In this document: piece after piece, positions 1 to 10,551 of the stretch | Layout of the letters: every line of letters starts with the position of its first letter | Numbering within the stretch: the stretch's first letter is position 1 | Notes under the pieces: generated by a model | Told to the model about the DNA's origin: nothing | The model's input: the letters and a program-made list of their open reading frames with translations, nothing else | Databases searched by the model: none | Program-made: the position numbers and the translations under genes | Assembly: GCA_963739305.1 (NCBI GenBank) | Contig: CAVTZU010000023.1 | Location: forward strand, 56,167 to 120,166 | Length of the DNA stretch: 64,000 nucleotides | Reading direction: 5' to 3' | Source: Candidatus Bathyarchaeota archaeon | GTDB lineage: Archaea > Thermoproteota > Bathyarchaeia > Bathyarchaeales > Bathycorpusculaceae

Positions 1-2
1 TC

Positions 3-176
3 CAAATATCAATGGGAGCTCCCATATTAATCGATTCCAAACAAGGCTTCACAGGACCAATAGACATAGCACTCAAAGAATTCGCCGCGAACATTTTACC
101 GATGACCATCAGACGAACGCTGCCGGATCAAACGTACCAAGACATTCCGTTGAAGTGGCTCTTAGAAGAGCACTAA
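3..176 (+). CDS. rpo6: DNA-directed RNA polymerase subunit K/Rpo6, 3' part (truncated by window start)
   Basis: Manual translation of frame 3: QISMGAPILIDSKQGFTGPIDIALKEFAANILPMTIRRTLPDQTYQDIPLKWLLEEH*; QISMGAP...LPMTIRR matches RpoK/Rpb6. Not in the ORF track. Confidence 0.92.
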   Translation, partial: QISMGAPILIDSKQGFTGPIDIALKEFAANILPMTIRRTLPDQTYQDIPLKWLLEEH

Positions 177-179
177 AAC

Positions 180-668
180 TCAATTTTCTTTTTCTTCTTT
201 CTTCAAAATCTCTCTTGCAGCGCTAAGGGATCTCCTGATCTTAGTCCAATGCGCTCCTTGCCAATAGACTTGTCCACAATTTGAACACCGCCAAAAATCC
301 GTGTAATGTTCAAGCGTGTTCTTTTCAACCGTTTTCTCGGCTTCTTCTTTTGAGATTGGCTTCACGAGAAAGTTGCACTTGGGACATCTCGATGAACTCA
401 TGTCTATCTCAAGCGGAATTCCATATCGTTCTGCAAGCTCAGCAAGTTTCTCATCTCCCGTGGCACCTTCCAGATAGAAAGCGTCAAGCCCCTTGCCTAT
501 AGCGCGTTGATAGAGTTCGAAATCCCGCGTAAGCAAGATTCTTTGTTCATTCTTGGCTTTGGCCAAAAGCTCCGCATCGTCCGCGTTGTTCGAATACTCG
601 ACGTCCTGTCCCAGCATGCGAAGCCAGCGCGTCAATTTGCCAAGCATGCCGTCTGCGACGAACCTCAA
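180..668 (-). CDS. Mut7-C RNase (PIN-like) domain protein with Zn ribbon
   Basis: FVADGMLGKLTRWLRMLG, LLTRD, RCPKCN...CSNCGQVYWQGAHW. Confidence 0.9.
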   Translation of the reverse strand: MRFVADGMLGKLTRWLRMLGQDVEYSNNADDAELLAKAKNEQRILLTRDFELYQRAIGKGLDAFYLEGATGDEKLAELAERYGIPLEIDMSSSRCPKCNFLVKPISKEEAEKTVEKNTLEHYTDFWRCSNCGQVYWQGAHWTKIRRSLSAAREILKKEEKEN

Positions 669-2014
669 ACGGTGATCTCTCTCCGGAGTACCGTGCCAGT
701 TCCTGGTTTAGCAACTATTTCGCCTTCATCGATGACTAGTCGTCCGTTAATGTAGGTTTTCACGGGTTTTCCCGTGACTTCACGACCGTCAAAGGGCGAA
801 TACTTGGCTTTAGACAGGAACTTTGAAGAGTCAATCTCGTACTTCCTGTAAAGATCAACAACGGTCAAGTCGCCATCGTTCCCCTCCCTCAAACGTCCCT
901 TCCTTCTCAGCTGAAGAATCTCTGCGGGCTTCTCAGCCAGGAGCCTCACGAGTTCTCCCAACGCTAAACGTCCACGATTTACTTCAGTCAAAAGCAACGG
1001 CAAAGTCGTCTCCAGACCAGGTATGCCAACCTTAACGTCCCAAACAGATTCAGCTTCCTTTTCTTTCGACAAATGAGGCGCGTGGTCTGACGCCAACACA
1101 TCGATAGACCCGTTCCTTACTCCTTTCCACAACGCTTCGATGTGCCGCCTATCGCGGACGGGCGGCATGCTCACACAAAGCATCCCTATTCTTTTCAAGT
1201 CATCAGATGAGAGAAGCAGGTTATGAGGGGTCGCTTCACAAGACAGGTTCAACCCTGACTCCTTTGCTTCTACGATCGCACTCAACCCTTCCTCCGTGCT
1301 GATGTGGCAGAAGTGCAGTTGAACCCCTGACTGCCTGACGATATTCAACACGCGCTCCACTGCTTTCAATTCAACGCCCTCAGAATGGGCTTTCAGGAAA
1401 GCTGCAACGTCATTCCGTTTTCCCTTCTTCAAGGCGTCCTCAGCTCTTTTCAACATCTCTTTGTCTTCTGCATGAACAGCAACTGACGCGCCGAATCCGG
1501 CCACAGTCTTGAACGCCTCGATTATGCCATCATCGTTGTCCAGATCGAGCCCGCCGACCTGCTCTGCCATGAAAAGTTTGAACCCAAGAGCACCTTGCTG
1601 AACTATCGATTCAACGTCTTTGAGATTTCTCGGAAATTCAGAGCGAAAACCAACATTCACAAGCACTTTTCTCTCTGCGATGTTCATTCGATTTCGAAGC
1701 GTTTCAGAACTCATCGTCACCGGATCATTGTTCGGCATATCAACAACTGTCGCGAACCCCCCAGCTGCGGCCGCCGATGTTCCGCTGTAGAAGTCTTCTT
1801 TGCGCGACTTGCCTTCGTCTCTAAGATGCACGTGAGCGTCAATAAGACCTGGAAGTACAAGTTGATTCTTCAAATCCATTCTTGAATCTGCCTTTGGCAT
1901 GTTTGCATCTTTGCCTATCTTGAAAATCCTGCCATTGTCGATAGCGATGCTGCAATCTACTATGTCTTCTTTGAAGTATGCTTTGGCATTAGACAACACC
2001 GAGTCAGCTATCAT
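665..2014 (-). CDS. pyrC: Dihydroorotase (cyclic amidohydrolase family)
   Basis: PGLIDAHVHLR, DMPN, HAED, HIST, SDHAPH, GIPGLET, SPFDG. Confidence 0.85.
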   Translation of the reverse strand: MIADSVLSNAKAYFKEDIVDCSIAIDNGRIFKIGKDANMPKADSRMDLKNQLVLPGLIDAHVHLRDEGKSRKEDFYSGTSAAAAGGFATVVDMPNNDPVTMSSETLRNRMNIAERKVLVNVGFRSEFPRNLKDVESIVQQGALGFKLFMAEQVGGLDLDNDDGIIEAFKTVAGFGASVAVHAEDKEMLKRAEDALKKGKRNDVAAFLKAHSEGVELKAVERVLNIVRQSGVQLHFCHISTEEGLSAIVEAKESGLNLSCEATPHNLLLSSDDLKRIGMLCVSMPPVRDRRHIEALWKGVRNGSIDVLASDHAPHLSKEKEAESVWDVKVGIPGLETTLPLLLTEVNRGRLALGELVRLLAEKPAEILQLRRKGRLREGNDGDLTVVDLYRKYEIDSSKFLSKAKYSPFDGREVTGKPVKTYINGRLVIDEGEIVAKPGTGTVLRREITV

Positions 2015-2298
2015 TCGTAATCATTTCCTTCATTTTTTCTGAAACTTCGGAATCGAGCTCAGAAATCAGTTTTTCATCACTTCCCTATCCAAGCAGAAAT
2101 AGGCCTATTAAACTATTCACTATTTTCAACAAATCCGTAGAAAGTGGAGCTTCAACATGCATTCACGCGCGCGCTATTTGGAAATGAAAAAAGAAAAAGC
2201 AAACTAACAGAAACCTATAGTTCTTTTTCCTCTCCATCGTAACGCTCTTATCTTGAACTACCGAAATACTCGACTTGACAGAAAAATGATTTGGGACC

Positions 2299-3423
2299 GT
2301 GACAATTTTGGAGCATGCTAACGTAGTCATCATTGGTGCCGGCGTCGTGGGACTCGCAGTCGCCGCAAAAATCTCAGAAACGAATGAATCCGTCTACATC
2401 TTCGAAAAGAACATACGATTCGGTCAAGAAACAAGCGGCCATAACAGCGCTGTCATACACTCAGGCATTCATTATCCCAAAAACTCCCTGAAAGCCAAGC
2501 TCTGCGTGAAAGGAAACAAAATGCTCTACGAACTGTGCGAGAAACACAATATCCCCTTCAAAAGACTGGGCAAACTCACGGTGGCAGTCGGCGAAGAAGA
2601 ACTGGACGAAATAGAAAAGCTGATGAAACAAGGAACAGACAACGGAGTCGAAGGCATGAGATTTCTAGACAAACAGGAAGTGAAAAAACTCGAAGACAAC
2701 GTCGAAGTCGAGAGAGCTCTTATCACCCCCGCAACTGGAATTCTAGAGCCGGATGAACTGATGAATCATTTCCATGCGCGACTGCGCAAGAACAACGCCG
2801 TTTTGGCCACTGAAACCGAGGTCACGAGCCTGAAGAAGACCGACAATGGGTTCGACATAAGCGGCACAAGCGTTGGCGAGAAGTTTCACATTAATGCTAA
2901 GACGGTGATAAACTGCGCCGGGCTCTACGCTGACAGAATCGCCGCAATGATAGGCTTGGACGTCGACAGAATTGGTTACAGAATCCATCACGCCAAAGGA
3001 GACTACTACAGAGTTTCGGGAAAACCTCTCGTCAAAATGCTCGTCTATCCTGTTCCTAAAGGAGCTGGTCTAGGCATTCATCTGACACCCGACCTCACTG
3101 GATCAATCAGGCTCGGGCCAAACGCTTACTACGTCGATAAAATCGATTATTCCGTCGAATCTGGCGAGAAAGAATTCAGAGAAGATGTCGCTAGGTTCGT
3201 ACCCAAGATTCTTGACCATGAAATCCGTCCGGATTCTTCAGGAATAAGGCCCAAGCTTCAAGGACCCAAAGACGGATTCAAGGATTTTGTGATACGACAT
3301 GAATCAGACAGAGGACTTTTCGGACTCGTGAACCTAGTGGGAATCGAATCACCAGGCTTGACAGCAGCTCCTGCGATAGCCGAGTTTGTCTCCGAAATCG
3401 TAGAAAACGAAATCAAGAGATAG
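2299..3423 (+). CDS. FAD-dependent oxidoreductase, L-2-hydroxyglutarate oxidase (LhgO)-like
   Basis: IIGAGVVG, ETSGHNSAVIHSGIHY, INCAGLYAD, GIESPGLTAAPAIA. Confidence 0.85.
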   Translation: MTILEHANVVIIGAGVVGLAVAAKISETNESVYIFEKNIRFGQETSGHNSAVIHSGIHYPKNSLKAKLCVKGNKMLYELCEKHNIPFKRLGKLTVAVGEEELDEIEKLMKQGTDNGVEGMRFLDKQEVKKLEDNVEVERALITPATGILEPDELMNHFHARLRKNNAVLATETEVTSLKKTDNGFDISGTSVGEKFHINAKTVINCAGLYADRIAAMIGLDVDRIGYRIHHAKGDYYRVSGKPLVKMLVYPVPKGAGLGIHLTPDLTGSIRLGPNAYYVDKIDYSVESGEKEFREDVARFVPKILDHEIRPDSSGIRPKLQGPKDGFKDFVIRHESDRGLFGLVNLVGIESPGLTAAPAIAEFVSEIVENEIKR

Positions 3424-3635
3424 GCTTCCACAGTTCTGAGCTAAAAGAGACTAAACAAGATCGACAAAGCAAGAGCAGTTGGACAGTTCGTCACGAAACT
3501 CGGCGTTTCTCAAAGTCCAAATCTTTCTTTTCGGAACCATTAGCACTCCAAAGATGCGAACTCAGCAGGTTCGTGCTATGTTCCCAATATCACCCGCTGG
3601 TCAAATTTTGCCGATCACTGATTTACAAACGAGGG

Positions 3636-4559
3636 TCAGATGCTCATCACAACTTTCGCCAGGTGAACAGAATCCTGAATGCTCTTCATCACAGTTTCAG
3701 TCACCTTGACTTTAACGCCTAGACCCTCAATGCGGCCGCCTTCAAATTCATCGGCCTTGTCAATAACCAAGTGGTCAATTATGTCGTTATAGAAATTCGC
3801 GACGCCATACGCAGACGGTTCGAAACCCATGCTAGCCATAATCCTGTCAGCAGGTCCCTTCAATGCCTTCCCGCCGACAATCGGACTCACGCTTACAACG
3901 CACCCTTTGCTTCGCCTCAACTCGTCTCTGAAACCTGGAATCGACAACATAGGTCCGACACTCAATATTGGGTTGCTCGGACAGATTACTATACGTTCAG
4001 CCCTCCTAATTGCTTCAAGAATGCCAGGCGCTGGTCTCGCTTCTGAATGCCCCTCATACGACACGCCAGTGACCACGTCTCTCGCTCCTCTCTTCACAAA
4101 GTACTCCTGAAAATCCAGCTGCAATTGATTCGACAGAACCTTCGTCCTCACTGGATCATCACTCATCGGAACCAGTTTGGCACTCACACCTAACACTTCA
4201 CAGAGCTTGGCCGTCACCTGAGAAAGTGTAACGCCGTGTCTAAGCAAATCAGTTCTAGAAATCTGGATGGCCAAGTCTTGGTCACCAAGCTTAAACCATG
4301 TTTCGAACCCCAGCCTCTCTAACATGTCCAGGCAATAGAACGTGTCTTGAGCTACCCCCCAGCCTCGCTTTTCGTCGACGATTCCCGCCAAAGTGAAAGT
4401 GACGATATCCAAATCCGGACTTACGTGGAGACCGTACATCTCAAAATCGTCACCCGTGTTTCCGACAATCATCAGATCCTCTGGCGAAACCACCTGAACT
4501 AGTCCTCTTAGTAGCTTAGCCGCGCCGACTCCGCCAGCGAGAGCCACAACAAAACCCAT
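3636..4559 (-). CDS. cofD: 2-phospho-L-lactate transferase (F420 biosynthesis)
   Basis: LAGGVGAAK, NTGDDF, SPDLD, WFKLGDQD, FQEYFV, PSNPILS, KGPAD. Confidence 0.93.
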   Translation of the reverse strand: MGFVVALAGGVGAAKLLRGLVQVVSPEDLMIVGNTGDDFEMYGLHVSPDLDIVTFTLAGIVDEKRGWGVAQDTFYCLDMLERLGFETWFKLGDQDLAIQISRTDLLRHGVTLSQVTAKLCEVLGVSAKLVPMSDDPVRTKVLSNQLQLDFQEYFVKRGARDVVTGVSYEGHSEARPAPGILEAIRRAERIVICPSNPILSVGPMLSIPGFRDELRRSKGCVVSVSPIVGGKALKGPADRIMASMGFEPSAYGVANFYNDIIDHLVIDKADEFEGGRIEGLGVKVKVTETVMKSIQDSVHLAKVVMSI

Positions 4560-4768
4560 AAGCCATTCACCTCTTGGAACGATTTCCAGGCTTCACAACA
4601 TATTATTGACCCTTACTCTTAAAGCTCAGCACGAAATACCACGATGAGGTTGTTGACTTGGAACTCGTTCAAACCATCAAGTTTCGCAGAAGCATAAGAA
4701 AATCATAAGTTAAAGTTTTGCAAAGAAGTACGAGATATCGACACCACCAGTTGGAGAGGTTGCTTCTC

Positions 4769-5527
4769 ATGAAAAGAATCCAAATAATCGCGGTTGAAGA
4801 CTTACCCATCATAAAGACAGGAGACAAAATAGCCGAACTCATCTGCACTGCAGCTAAAAAACAGGGTACTCCACTACAAGATGGAGATGTCGTCGTGATC
4901 ACCCACTGCATCGTCTCACGCGCCGAAGGAAACATCGTTGACCTAGACACTGTTGTCCCATCCGAATTTGCAAAGGCAATTGCAGATCAATATGAAAAAG
5001 ACCCAGCACTGGTTGAAACGGTTCTCCGCGAATCAAAGAGCATCGTCCGAATGGGTAACGGGAACCTCATAACAGAAACCAGACATGGGTTCATCTGCGC
5101 AAACTCTGGTGTAGATCGATCAAACGTTAATGGAGATAGAAAAGTCGCCCTGTTGCCGAAAAACCCGGATAAATCAGCACAAGCAATCAGAAAGGAAATC
5201 AAAAGGTCGACGAACTGTGATGTTGCCGTCATAATCTCAGACACACATGGACGCGCATTAAGAATGGGTGAGATAAACGTGGCAGTAGGGTTGGCTGGCA
5301 TAAAGCCGATAAGGGACAGAAGGGGAGAAAGAGACCTGTTCGGGTATGTCTTGAGAGTGAAGCAAACTGCAATAGCAGACGAGCTTTGTTCTGCAGCAGA
5401 ACTTGTCATAGGACAAGCAAACGAAGGGATACCTGTCGCAATAATCCGAGGATACAACTACCCAAGGTCTGAAGACGCGAGTGCGACAGAGCTAGTGCGA
5501 CCGAAGGAAAAAGACCTGTTCATTTGA
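4769..5527 (+). CDS. cofE: Coenzyme F420-0:L-glutamate ligase
   Basis: SRAEG, GFICANSGVDRSN, ISDTHGRALR, DLFGY, ADELCSAA, DLF; ATG at 4769 follows GGAGAGG. Confidence 0.93.
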   Translation: MKRIQIIAVEDLPIIKTGDKIAELICTAAKKQGTPLQDGDVVVITHCIVSRAEGNIVDLDTVVPSEFAKAIADQYEKDPALVETVLRESKSIVRMGNGNLITETRHGFICANSGVDRSNVNGDRKVALLPKNPDKSAQAIRKEIKRSTNCDVAVIISDTHGRALRMGEINVAVGLAGIKPIRDRRGERDLFGYVLRVKQTAIADELCSAAELVIGQANEGIPVAIIRGYNYPRSEDASATELVRPKEKDLFI

Positions 5528-5563
5528 CTTTTGGAACAACGTTAGCTGAAGAAAAAACCGTTG

Positions 5564-6475
5564 TCACGCGATTATCTTGAAGAAGTCCCTTTCCGTGAAT
5601 ATCCCAACTAGCCTGCCATTCTTGACAACTGGAACCGCTCCGATGTCCTTCTCCCGCATGATCTTTGCAGCTTGGCCAACATCGGTCTCGGGCTCCACTG
5701 TCCAAACGTTCTTTGATGCTATCTCAAGCGCGGGTGTCTCCAACACCTGGATCATCGTTCCCGACTTCAGATGCTTGAAAACGTCACCGCAGCCGAAGAA
5801 ACGTATAATGTCCATCGCGGTCACTATACCCATGACCTTGCCGTCAGAAACTATCGGCAGCCTTCTGAAACCTTGCGTTGTCATTGTTTTCTCAGCTTCA
5901 AAAATCGTGGTCTTCGGCAACGCTGTGACGACCTTCTCTGACATGAGCTGAGCCACTGTGACTCCGCTGGTTCTTTCGGCGAACAGAACCGCGATGTCTC
6001 TCTCGGTAACAATTGCCTTCAGGCAGTCTTTTTCATCTACAACTGGCAAACCGCCGAGGTTAGACTCTTTCATCTTCTCGATGGCTTCACTGATCTTGGC
6101 CGAAGTCTTGATCGATACAACCTTCTGAGTCATAATGAGCTTTATCGGCTCGTTCAAAGCCTTGAAAAAGTTTCCCCCGAACTTCTGCTGAATTATCTCA
6201 AACTTTTGCCCACCGCCAAGGTATTCAACTATGTCCGTGGCAGTCACGATGCCTTCCAAATGCTTGGTTCCAGGGTTAGTTATAGGAAGACGACGAAAAC
6301 CCTCTTTCGCCATCTTCTGAATCGCGTCATAAATTGGCGCAGTGGGCGAAACCATCGTCACAGGACTCTTCGCCACTGTAAGAATCTCGCCTTCATGTTT
6401 CTTGGAAGCACGAGCCTTCAAATCTAGTTGACCTGCTCCACGAAGCGTTCTCCTGAAGCTTTCCCTTTTCAACAA
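5564..6475 (-). CDS. CBS-domain protein (four CBS motifs)
   Basis: GFRRLP twice, GIVTATD, IVTERD, GIFTERD. Confidence 0.9.
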   Translation of the reverse strand: MLKRESFRRTLRGAGQLDLKARASKKHEGEILTVAKSPVTMVSPTAPIYDAIQKMAKEGFRRLPITNPGTKHLEGIVTATDIVEYLGGGQKFEIIQQKFGGNFFKALNEPIKLIMTQKVVSIKTSAKISEAIEKMKESNLGGLPVVDEKDCLKAIVTERDIAVLFAERTSGVTVAQLMSEKVVTALPKTTIFEAEKTMTTQGFRRLPIVSDGKVMGIVTAMDIIRFFGCGDVFKHLKSGTMIQVLETPALEIASKNVWTVEPETDVGQAAKIMREKDIGAVPVVKNGRLVGIFTERDFFKIIA

Positions 6476-6488
6476 TTCTCCCTCTCAA

Positions 6489-7286
6489 TTAGCAAACCAG
6501 TTTTGCAACATCTTCCCGGTCCACGATACCAAGCAACTTTCCGTTTTTGTCTCTGACCGGAACCCGTCCTATATCTTTGGAAACCATCACTTTGGCAACT
6601 CTGATCACCTTAGTGGAAGGTTCCACAGCAACGAGGTTCGTCTTCATAATCGAAGATATTTTCGGCGAGTCCCTGAAGCGCCCCTTCCTCGACTCGAAAG
6701 CCGGCAACGTGGCTCCTGATTCTAGAAGATCCTTCATCGTAACGATGCCCACAAGCTTCCCATTCTTGACAACTGGTAGACCTGCAAAACGGGTTTCCGT
6801 CATCAACCGCCAGATGTCGTCAACTCCATCGTCCGGCGAACACGTCACAACCTTCTTTGTCATGATTTCAGAGACGTCTTTCAAGAACCTGTCCGGACTT
6901 GTCTTGATCAGAGCACCGATAAAACTGTCTAACCCCACAACGCCCCTGTATGTTTTGTCCTCGACGGACTCAACGACAGGTGCGTACCACGCGTCAACTT
7001 TAATCATGGCCCTGAAAGTTGAAGTTGCTTCATCTTCAACCGTTGCGACGTGTTTGGCAAGTGTCATTATTCCTTTTACCTTGATTGGTGAAACTGATGA
7101 TGAGATTGTCATAACATCGCGGCGGGAAACCTTGCCCATCAGGAACTTGTTCGTATCCGTTACTGGAAGAATTCTCAGATCAAGATCTCGTATTAAGGCA
7201 CGTGCCTTTGTTGCAAGGTCATCCTCATAAATCGAAGGATGCTTCTGATCCATAATTTCTTTGACACGCAAGCGATCCCCTCTCAC
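6489..7286 (-). CDS. CBS-domain protein (four CBS motifs)
   Basis: LPV...SRRD, GLPVV...GIVTMKDL, GRVPV...GIVDRED. Confidence 0.9.
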   Translation of the reverse strand: MRGDRLRVKEIMDQKHPSIYEDDLATKARALIRDLDLRILPVTDTNKFLMGKVSRRDVMTISSSVSPIKVKGIMTLAKHVATVEDEATSTFRAMIKVDAWYAPVVESVEDKTYRGVVGLDSFIGALIKTSPDRFLKDVSEIMTKKVVTCSPDDGVDDIWRLMTETRFAGLPVVKNGKLVGIVTMKDLLESGATLPAFESRKGRFRDSPKISSIMKTNLVAVEPSTKVIRVAKVMVSKDIGRVPVRDKNGKLLGIVDREDVAKLVC

Positions 7287-7867
7287 TCCTCAGCTTCCAA
7301 CTCAACCCTGCAATCTTCACAGTAGAATTGGCCATCGATTTCCTTCAAATCGTCAGACCAAACTCCACAATGGTCGCAGTAACCAGCAAGAGGAGCATGC
7401 TCTTCTTCTGCTTCCTCAGCCATGTTTTCACCCTCAATTCTAGCCTTCTCCTGAGATGTCTCCAGCAACTCGGGCATGACGCTCAAAATATCCTTGTTTG
7501 AAACAATACCGACAAGCTTCTCTTTATACATGACCGCCAAACGTCTAATATCTAACCTGCTCATTCTCCTTGCTGCTTCACTGATCGTTACGTCAGGTTC
7601 AACCGTCATTACGGGTGCAGTCATCACTTTGTTGGCCTTAACCGTGTCTGGTTTCTTGTTCTTCGCCAGAACTCTGACGACAAGATCCTTCTCAGTTATG
7701 ATCCCGATTGGTTTTCCATCCTTGGTCGTCACGATGATGCATCCGTAGTCATTTTTATCCATAAGACTGGCTACTTTGTTCGCAGTAGCACTCTCAAGCA
7801 CAGTGACAGCTGGACTACTCATTACATCTTTGACCAGCAGTTTCGATCTTAACCCCATTTCAGCCAT
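7283..7867 (-). CDS. CBS-pair protein with C-terminal Zn ribbon
   Basis: VKDVMS, GIITEKDL, IRRLAV; GYCDHCG...YCEDC; start placed at ATG 7867. Confidence 0.88.
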   Translation of the reverse strand: MAEMGLRSKLLVKDVMSSPAVTVLESATANKVASLMDKNDYGCIIVTTKDGKPIGIITEKDLVVRVLAKNKKPDTVKANKVMTAPVMTVEPDVTISEAARRMSRLDIRRLAVMYKEKLVGIVSNKDILSVMPELLETSQEKARIEGENMAEEAEEEHAPLAGYCDHCGVWSDDLKEIDGQFYCEDCRVELEAEE

Positions 7868-8037
7868 AGTTCTCGCCACGCAGATTGCCTTTTCCCAAAT
7901 TAGGAATCGGGCTACACACTTCAAAAGAAAACCATTGATTTAAAACTTGCCTTACTTTCGTTGTACACAAAGAACACTAAGCTCCCAAGTTTTATTAGAA
8001 TCCTGATCTAAGGCAATAGACTGTTAAGTGATTACAA

Positions 8038-8925
8038 ATGTTGAAAACAAACGAAGACAAACTGGTCAAAATCTCAGTTGTCGGTGAAGCGGTCAGCCCA
8101 ACATTCAGAGACGTCTACAGAATATCGGCCGAAGGCAAACCCATGGTTTTGCCCGGCGTAGGTGGAATAACCTACAATATCAGAGTCGGCGATCTAGCAT
8201 GTGGATGGCAAGCAGATCACGTTGAGCCTGGCGTAAGCGTCGAAAACAAAGAAAACGATCCACGATCCGGACAAGGCGCCAACACCGCCTTCAACGTCCT
8301 TTCATGCGTAGGAAACGAGGCAACCGTCATAACAGGCGAAGCAAAAGGCGCGAAAGGAGTCGTTACTGGAAAACATGGCGGCATAGAACACGTACTCATC
8401 GATGTTCAACCCGAAGTGATGAACAAGCTCGTCATTGGCGACAAGTTCCTCGTCAAAGCCTTCGGCACCGGCTTGAAACTGCTTGACGCGCCCGAAGTCA
8501 CTGTGATGAACCTCGACCCAGCATTCCTCAAAGCCATGAAACCCCAAATCAAGAAAAGCAAACTGGAAATCCCCGTCTCCCATATCGTTCCAGCCGCAAC
8601 GATGGGCTCCGGACTGGGAGCAAATCAAACTTACTCGGGAGACTATGACATTCAACTCTTCGACGAAAAGATCAGAAAACAGTTTGAACTAGACGACATA
8701 CGGCTAGGCGAACTTGTAGCTATAATCGACGCCGACCATACTTACGGCAGAATATACAGACAAGGAGCCATCTCCGTCGGTATCGTGGTCCACACCAACT
8801 GCGTCATCGCAGGCCACGGCCCAGGAGTCACAACGCTGTTCACTTCAACTACAGGAAAAATCATCCCCAGAATCGATAAAAAAGCAAACATTGCTTCCAT
8901 AATGAAACTCAGAAAGGACATCTAA
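8038..8925 (+). CDS. DUF4438-family protein
   Basis: LPGVGGITYN, DHVEPGVS, GKHGG, MGSGLG, GDYDIQ, GHGPGVT. Confidence 0.8.
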   Translation: MLKTNEDKLVKISVVGEAVSPTFRDVYRISAEGKPMVLPGVGGITYNIRVGDLACGWQADHVEPGVSVENKENDPRSGQGANTAFNVLSCVGNEATVITGEAKGAKGVVTGKHGGIEHVLIDVQPEVMNKLVIGDKFLVKAFGTGLKLLDAPEVTVMNLDPAFLKAMKPQIKKSKLEIPVSHIVPAATMGSGLGANQTYSGDYDIQLFDEKIRKQFELDDIRLGELVAIIDADHTYGRIYRQGAISVGIVVHTNCVIAGHGPGVTTLFTSTTGKIIPRIDKKANIASIMKLRKDI

Positions 8926-9240
8926 CCCCCCGATCCAACGCCAAAACATTGTACATAACAGTCTTCATAAAGGAAACGTCGAAAACTACCCCGAAAACCA
9001 AACGGCACCCCATCCACGGCCCCGACGACGCACCGTCCAGAAAAAACATATGACCAAGGGGTGCGCCCCTTTTGACTGCCAGCAATTCAGAGAGCGCGTG
9101 TTGAACAAGCCCTCTTTGACATTTCGTCTGGAAACTTCATATGAAAGCCAAAGCGGGGAAAGCCGAATCTTTAGAACACATATATAAAGAAGAAAAGCAA
9201 ACTGATTCCTTGAAGAAACAACTAGGAGTAAAAGAAAAAC

Positions 9241-9534
9241 TTGCCATTCAAACGAAAGAGCCGTGGAAGATCAAAAGGCGGCAAAGGAAGCAGCGGCGTC
9301 GTACAATGCGCAAGCTGCGGCTCCATGGTGCCCCGCGACAAAGCCAAGAAAGTCACAAGACGATACTCAATCGTCGACTACCAACTAGCAAAAGAACTGA
9401 GGCAAAAAGGCACATTCATCGCAACTCCCGCAACAACAAAATACTACTGTGTGTCATGTGCAGTCCACCGCGGTGTAGTCAAAGTTAGGGCAGAAAACGA
9501 AAGAAGAATACGCACTCGCCCAAGAAGATTTTAG
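9241..9534 (+). CDS. rps26e: 30S ribosomal protein S26e
   Basis: MPFKRKSRGR, VQCASCG..VPRDKAKK, YCVSCAVHRGVVKVR. Confidence 0.96.
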   Translation: MPFKRKSRGRSKGGKGSSGVVQCASCGSMVPRDKAKKVTRRYSIVDYQLAKELRQKGTFIATPATTKYYCVSCAVHRGVVKVRAENERRIRTRPRRF

Positions 9535-9537
9535 ACC

Positions 9538-10158
9538 TCAGTCAACTACCTTTTTCTTTGTCTTAACAAACACATACGCACTTCTCTGCACCACGGTAAG
9601 GTTAGTCAAGACGGCAAGCAGAATCACAGCGGCGCTCATTACGTTCACGGGCTGCCAGAACACGCCGACCAAACCCGCAAGCACAAGCACCAATAATCGC
9701 TCAGCCCGCTCCGCAAGCCCAACTGACTCCATCTTTATCCCTGCTGCTTCAGCCCTCGCCCGACTGTAACTCACGAGCAAAGAGCCGATAATCGCAGCCA
9801 ACCCCCAGTACAGAAACTCAGGAGCACATAATCCCCCGAAAATAATGCCACCGAAAACAACCGCATCAGCATACCTGTCCAAAAGAGAATCTAAGAAACC
9901 ACCAAACACCGTCGCCTGACCAAAAATCCTCGCAACCACACCGTCCAATGCATCACAAAACCCCGAAAACAAAAGAAGAATGGTCGCAACAAAAAGAAGA
10001 CGCCAATCACCGCGCCAAAAAGCATAGACCAGCGCCGCCAAAAAGGCCAAAACCACCCCGATCACTGTTATGCCATTAGGTGTTAACCCAACCTTGTGAG
10101 CGAACTTAGCTTCAGCAACCAATAATCCTTGAACCTTCTGCTTCAGCTTCGTCAGCAT
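9538..10158 (-). CDS. CDP-alcohol phosphatidyltransferase (archaetidylinositol-phosphate synthase-like)
   Basis: TPN, DALDGVVAR...GGFLDSLLDRYAD, SYSRARAE, ERAER. Confidence 0.9.
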   Translation of the reverse strand: MLTKLKQKVQGLLVAEAKFAHKVGLTPNGITVIGVVLAFLAALVYAFWRGDWRLLFVATILLLFSGFCDALDGVVARIFGQATVFGGFLDSLLDRYADAVVFGGIIFGGLCAPEFLYWGLAAIIGSLLVSYSRARAEAAGIKMESVGLAERAERLLVLVLAGLVGVFWQPVNVMSAAVILLAVLTNLTVVQRSAYVFVKTKKKVVD

Positions 10159-10220
10159 CGATTGTGGTTACCCCAATAATTCTTATTAAAGCGTGAATAT
10201 GCTATCTCTCAAGTTAAAAG

Positions 10221-10523
10221 GTGTTTGCCATGATCAACGTCACAACAATCAAAGTTGACGGAAAAACCTGCATGGGCTTACGCACCGACTTACCTGACAG
10301 CCCACCACTACTACTTATAACAGGCGAAAAAGGCTTCGTAATGTGCGGCTTCCTCAACATAGAAAGCGCAGAAAAACTAGCGGTGGCAGCCGCAGTCATC
10401 AGCGGAGTAAAAACCTTTGAAGACGTTCTCAACGGTCAAGTGAAAGCGGCGACGACGAAAGCCAAGAGCCTAGGCGTCGAAGTCGGAATGAAAGGAATCG
10501 ACGCACTCAAACACATGTTTTGA
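10221..10523 (+). CDS. YunC/DUF1805-family protein
   Basis: PLLLI..KGFVMCGFLN, AAVISGVKTFEDVL, LGVEVGMKG. Confidence 0.85.
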   Translation: MFAMINVTTIKVDGKTCMGLRTDLPDSPPLLLITGEKGFVMCGFLNIESAEKLAVAAAVISGVKTFEDVLNGQVKAATTKAKSLGVEVGMKGIDALKHMF

Positions 10524-10551
10524 AAAACCAATCTCTGAGGCTTTCGTAGAA

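Noticed and set aside
2299-5527. LhgO-like oxidase as a new F420-precursor enzyme next to cofD/cofE
   Set aside because: Convergent orientation and a 200-bp gap; adjacency alone is not evidence.
5577-7748. Long + strand ORFs (124, 227 and 90 aa) and similar antisense ORFs across the window
   Set aside because: Shadow ORFs opposite well-supported genes, with no recognisable motifs.
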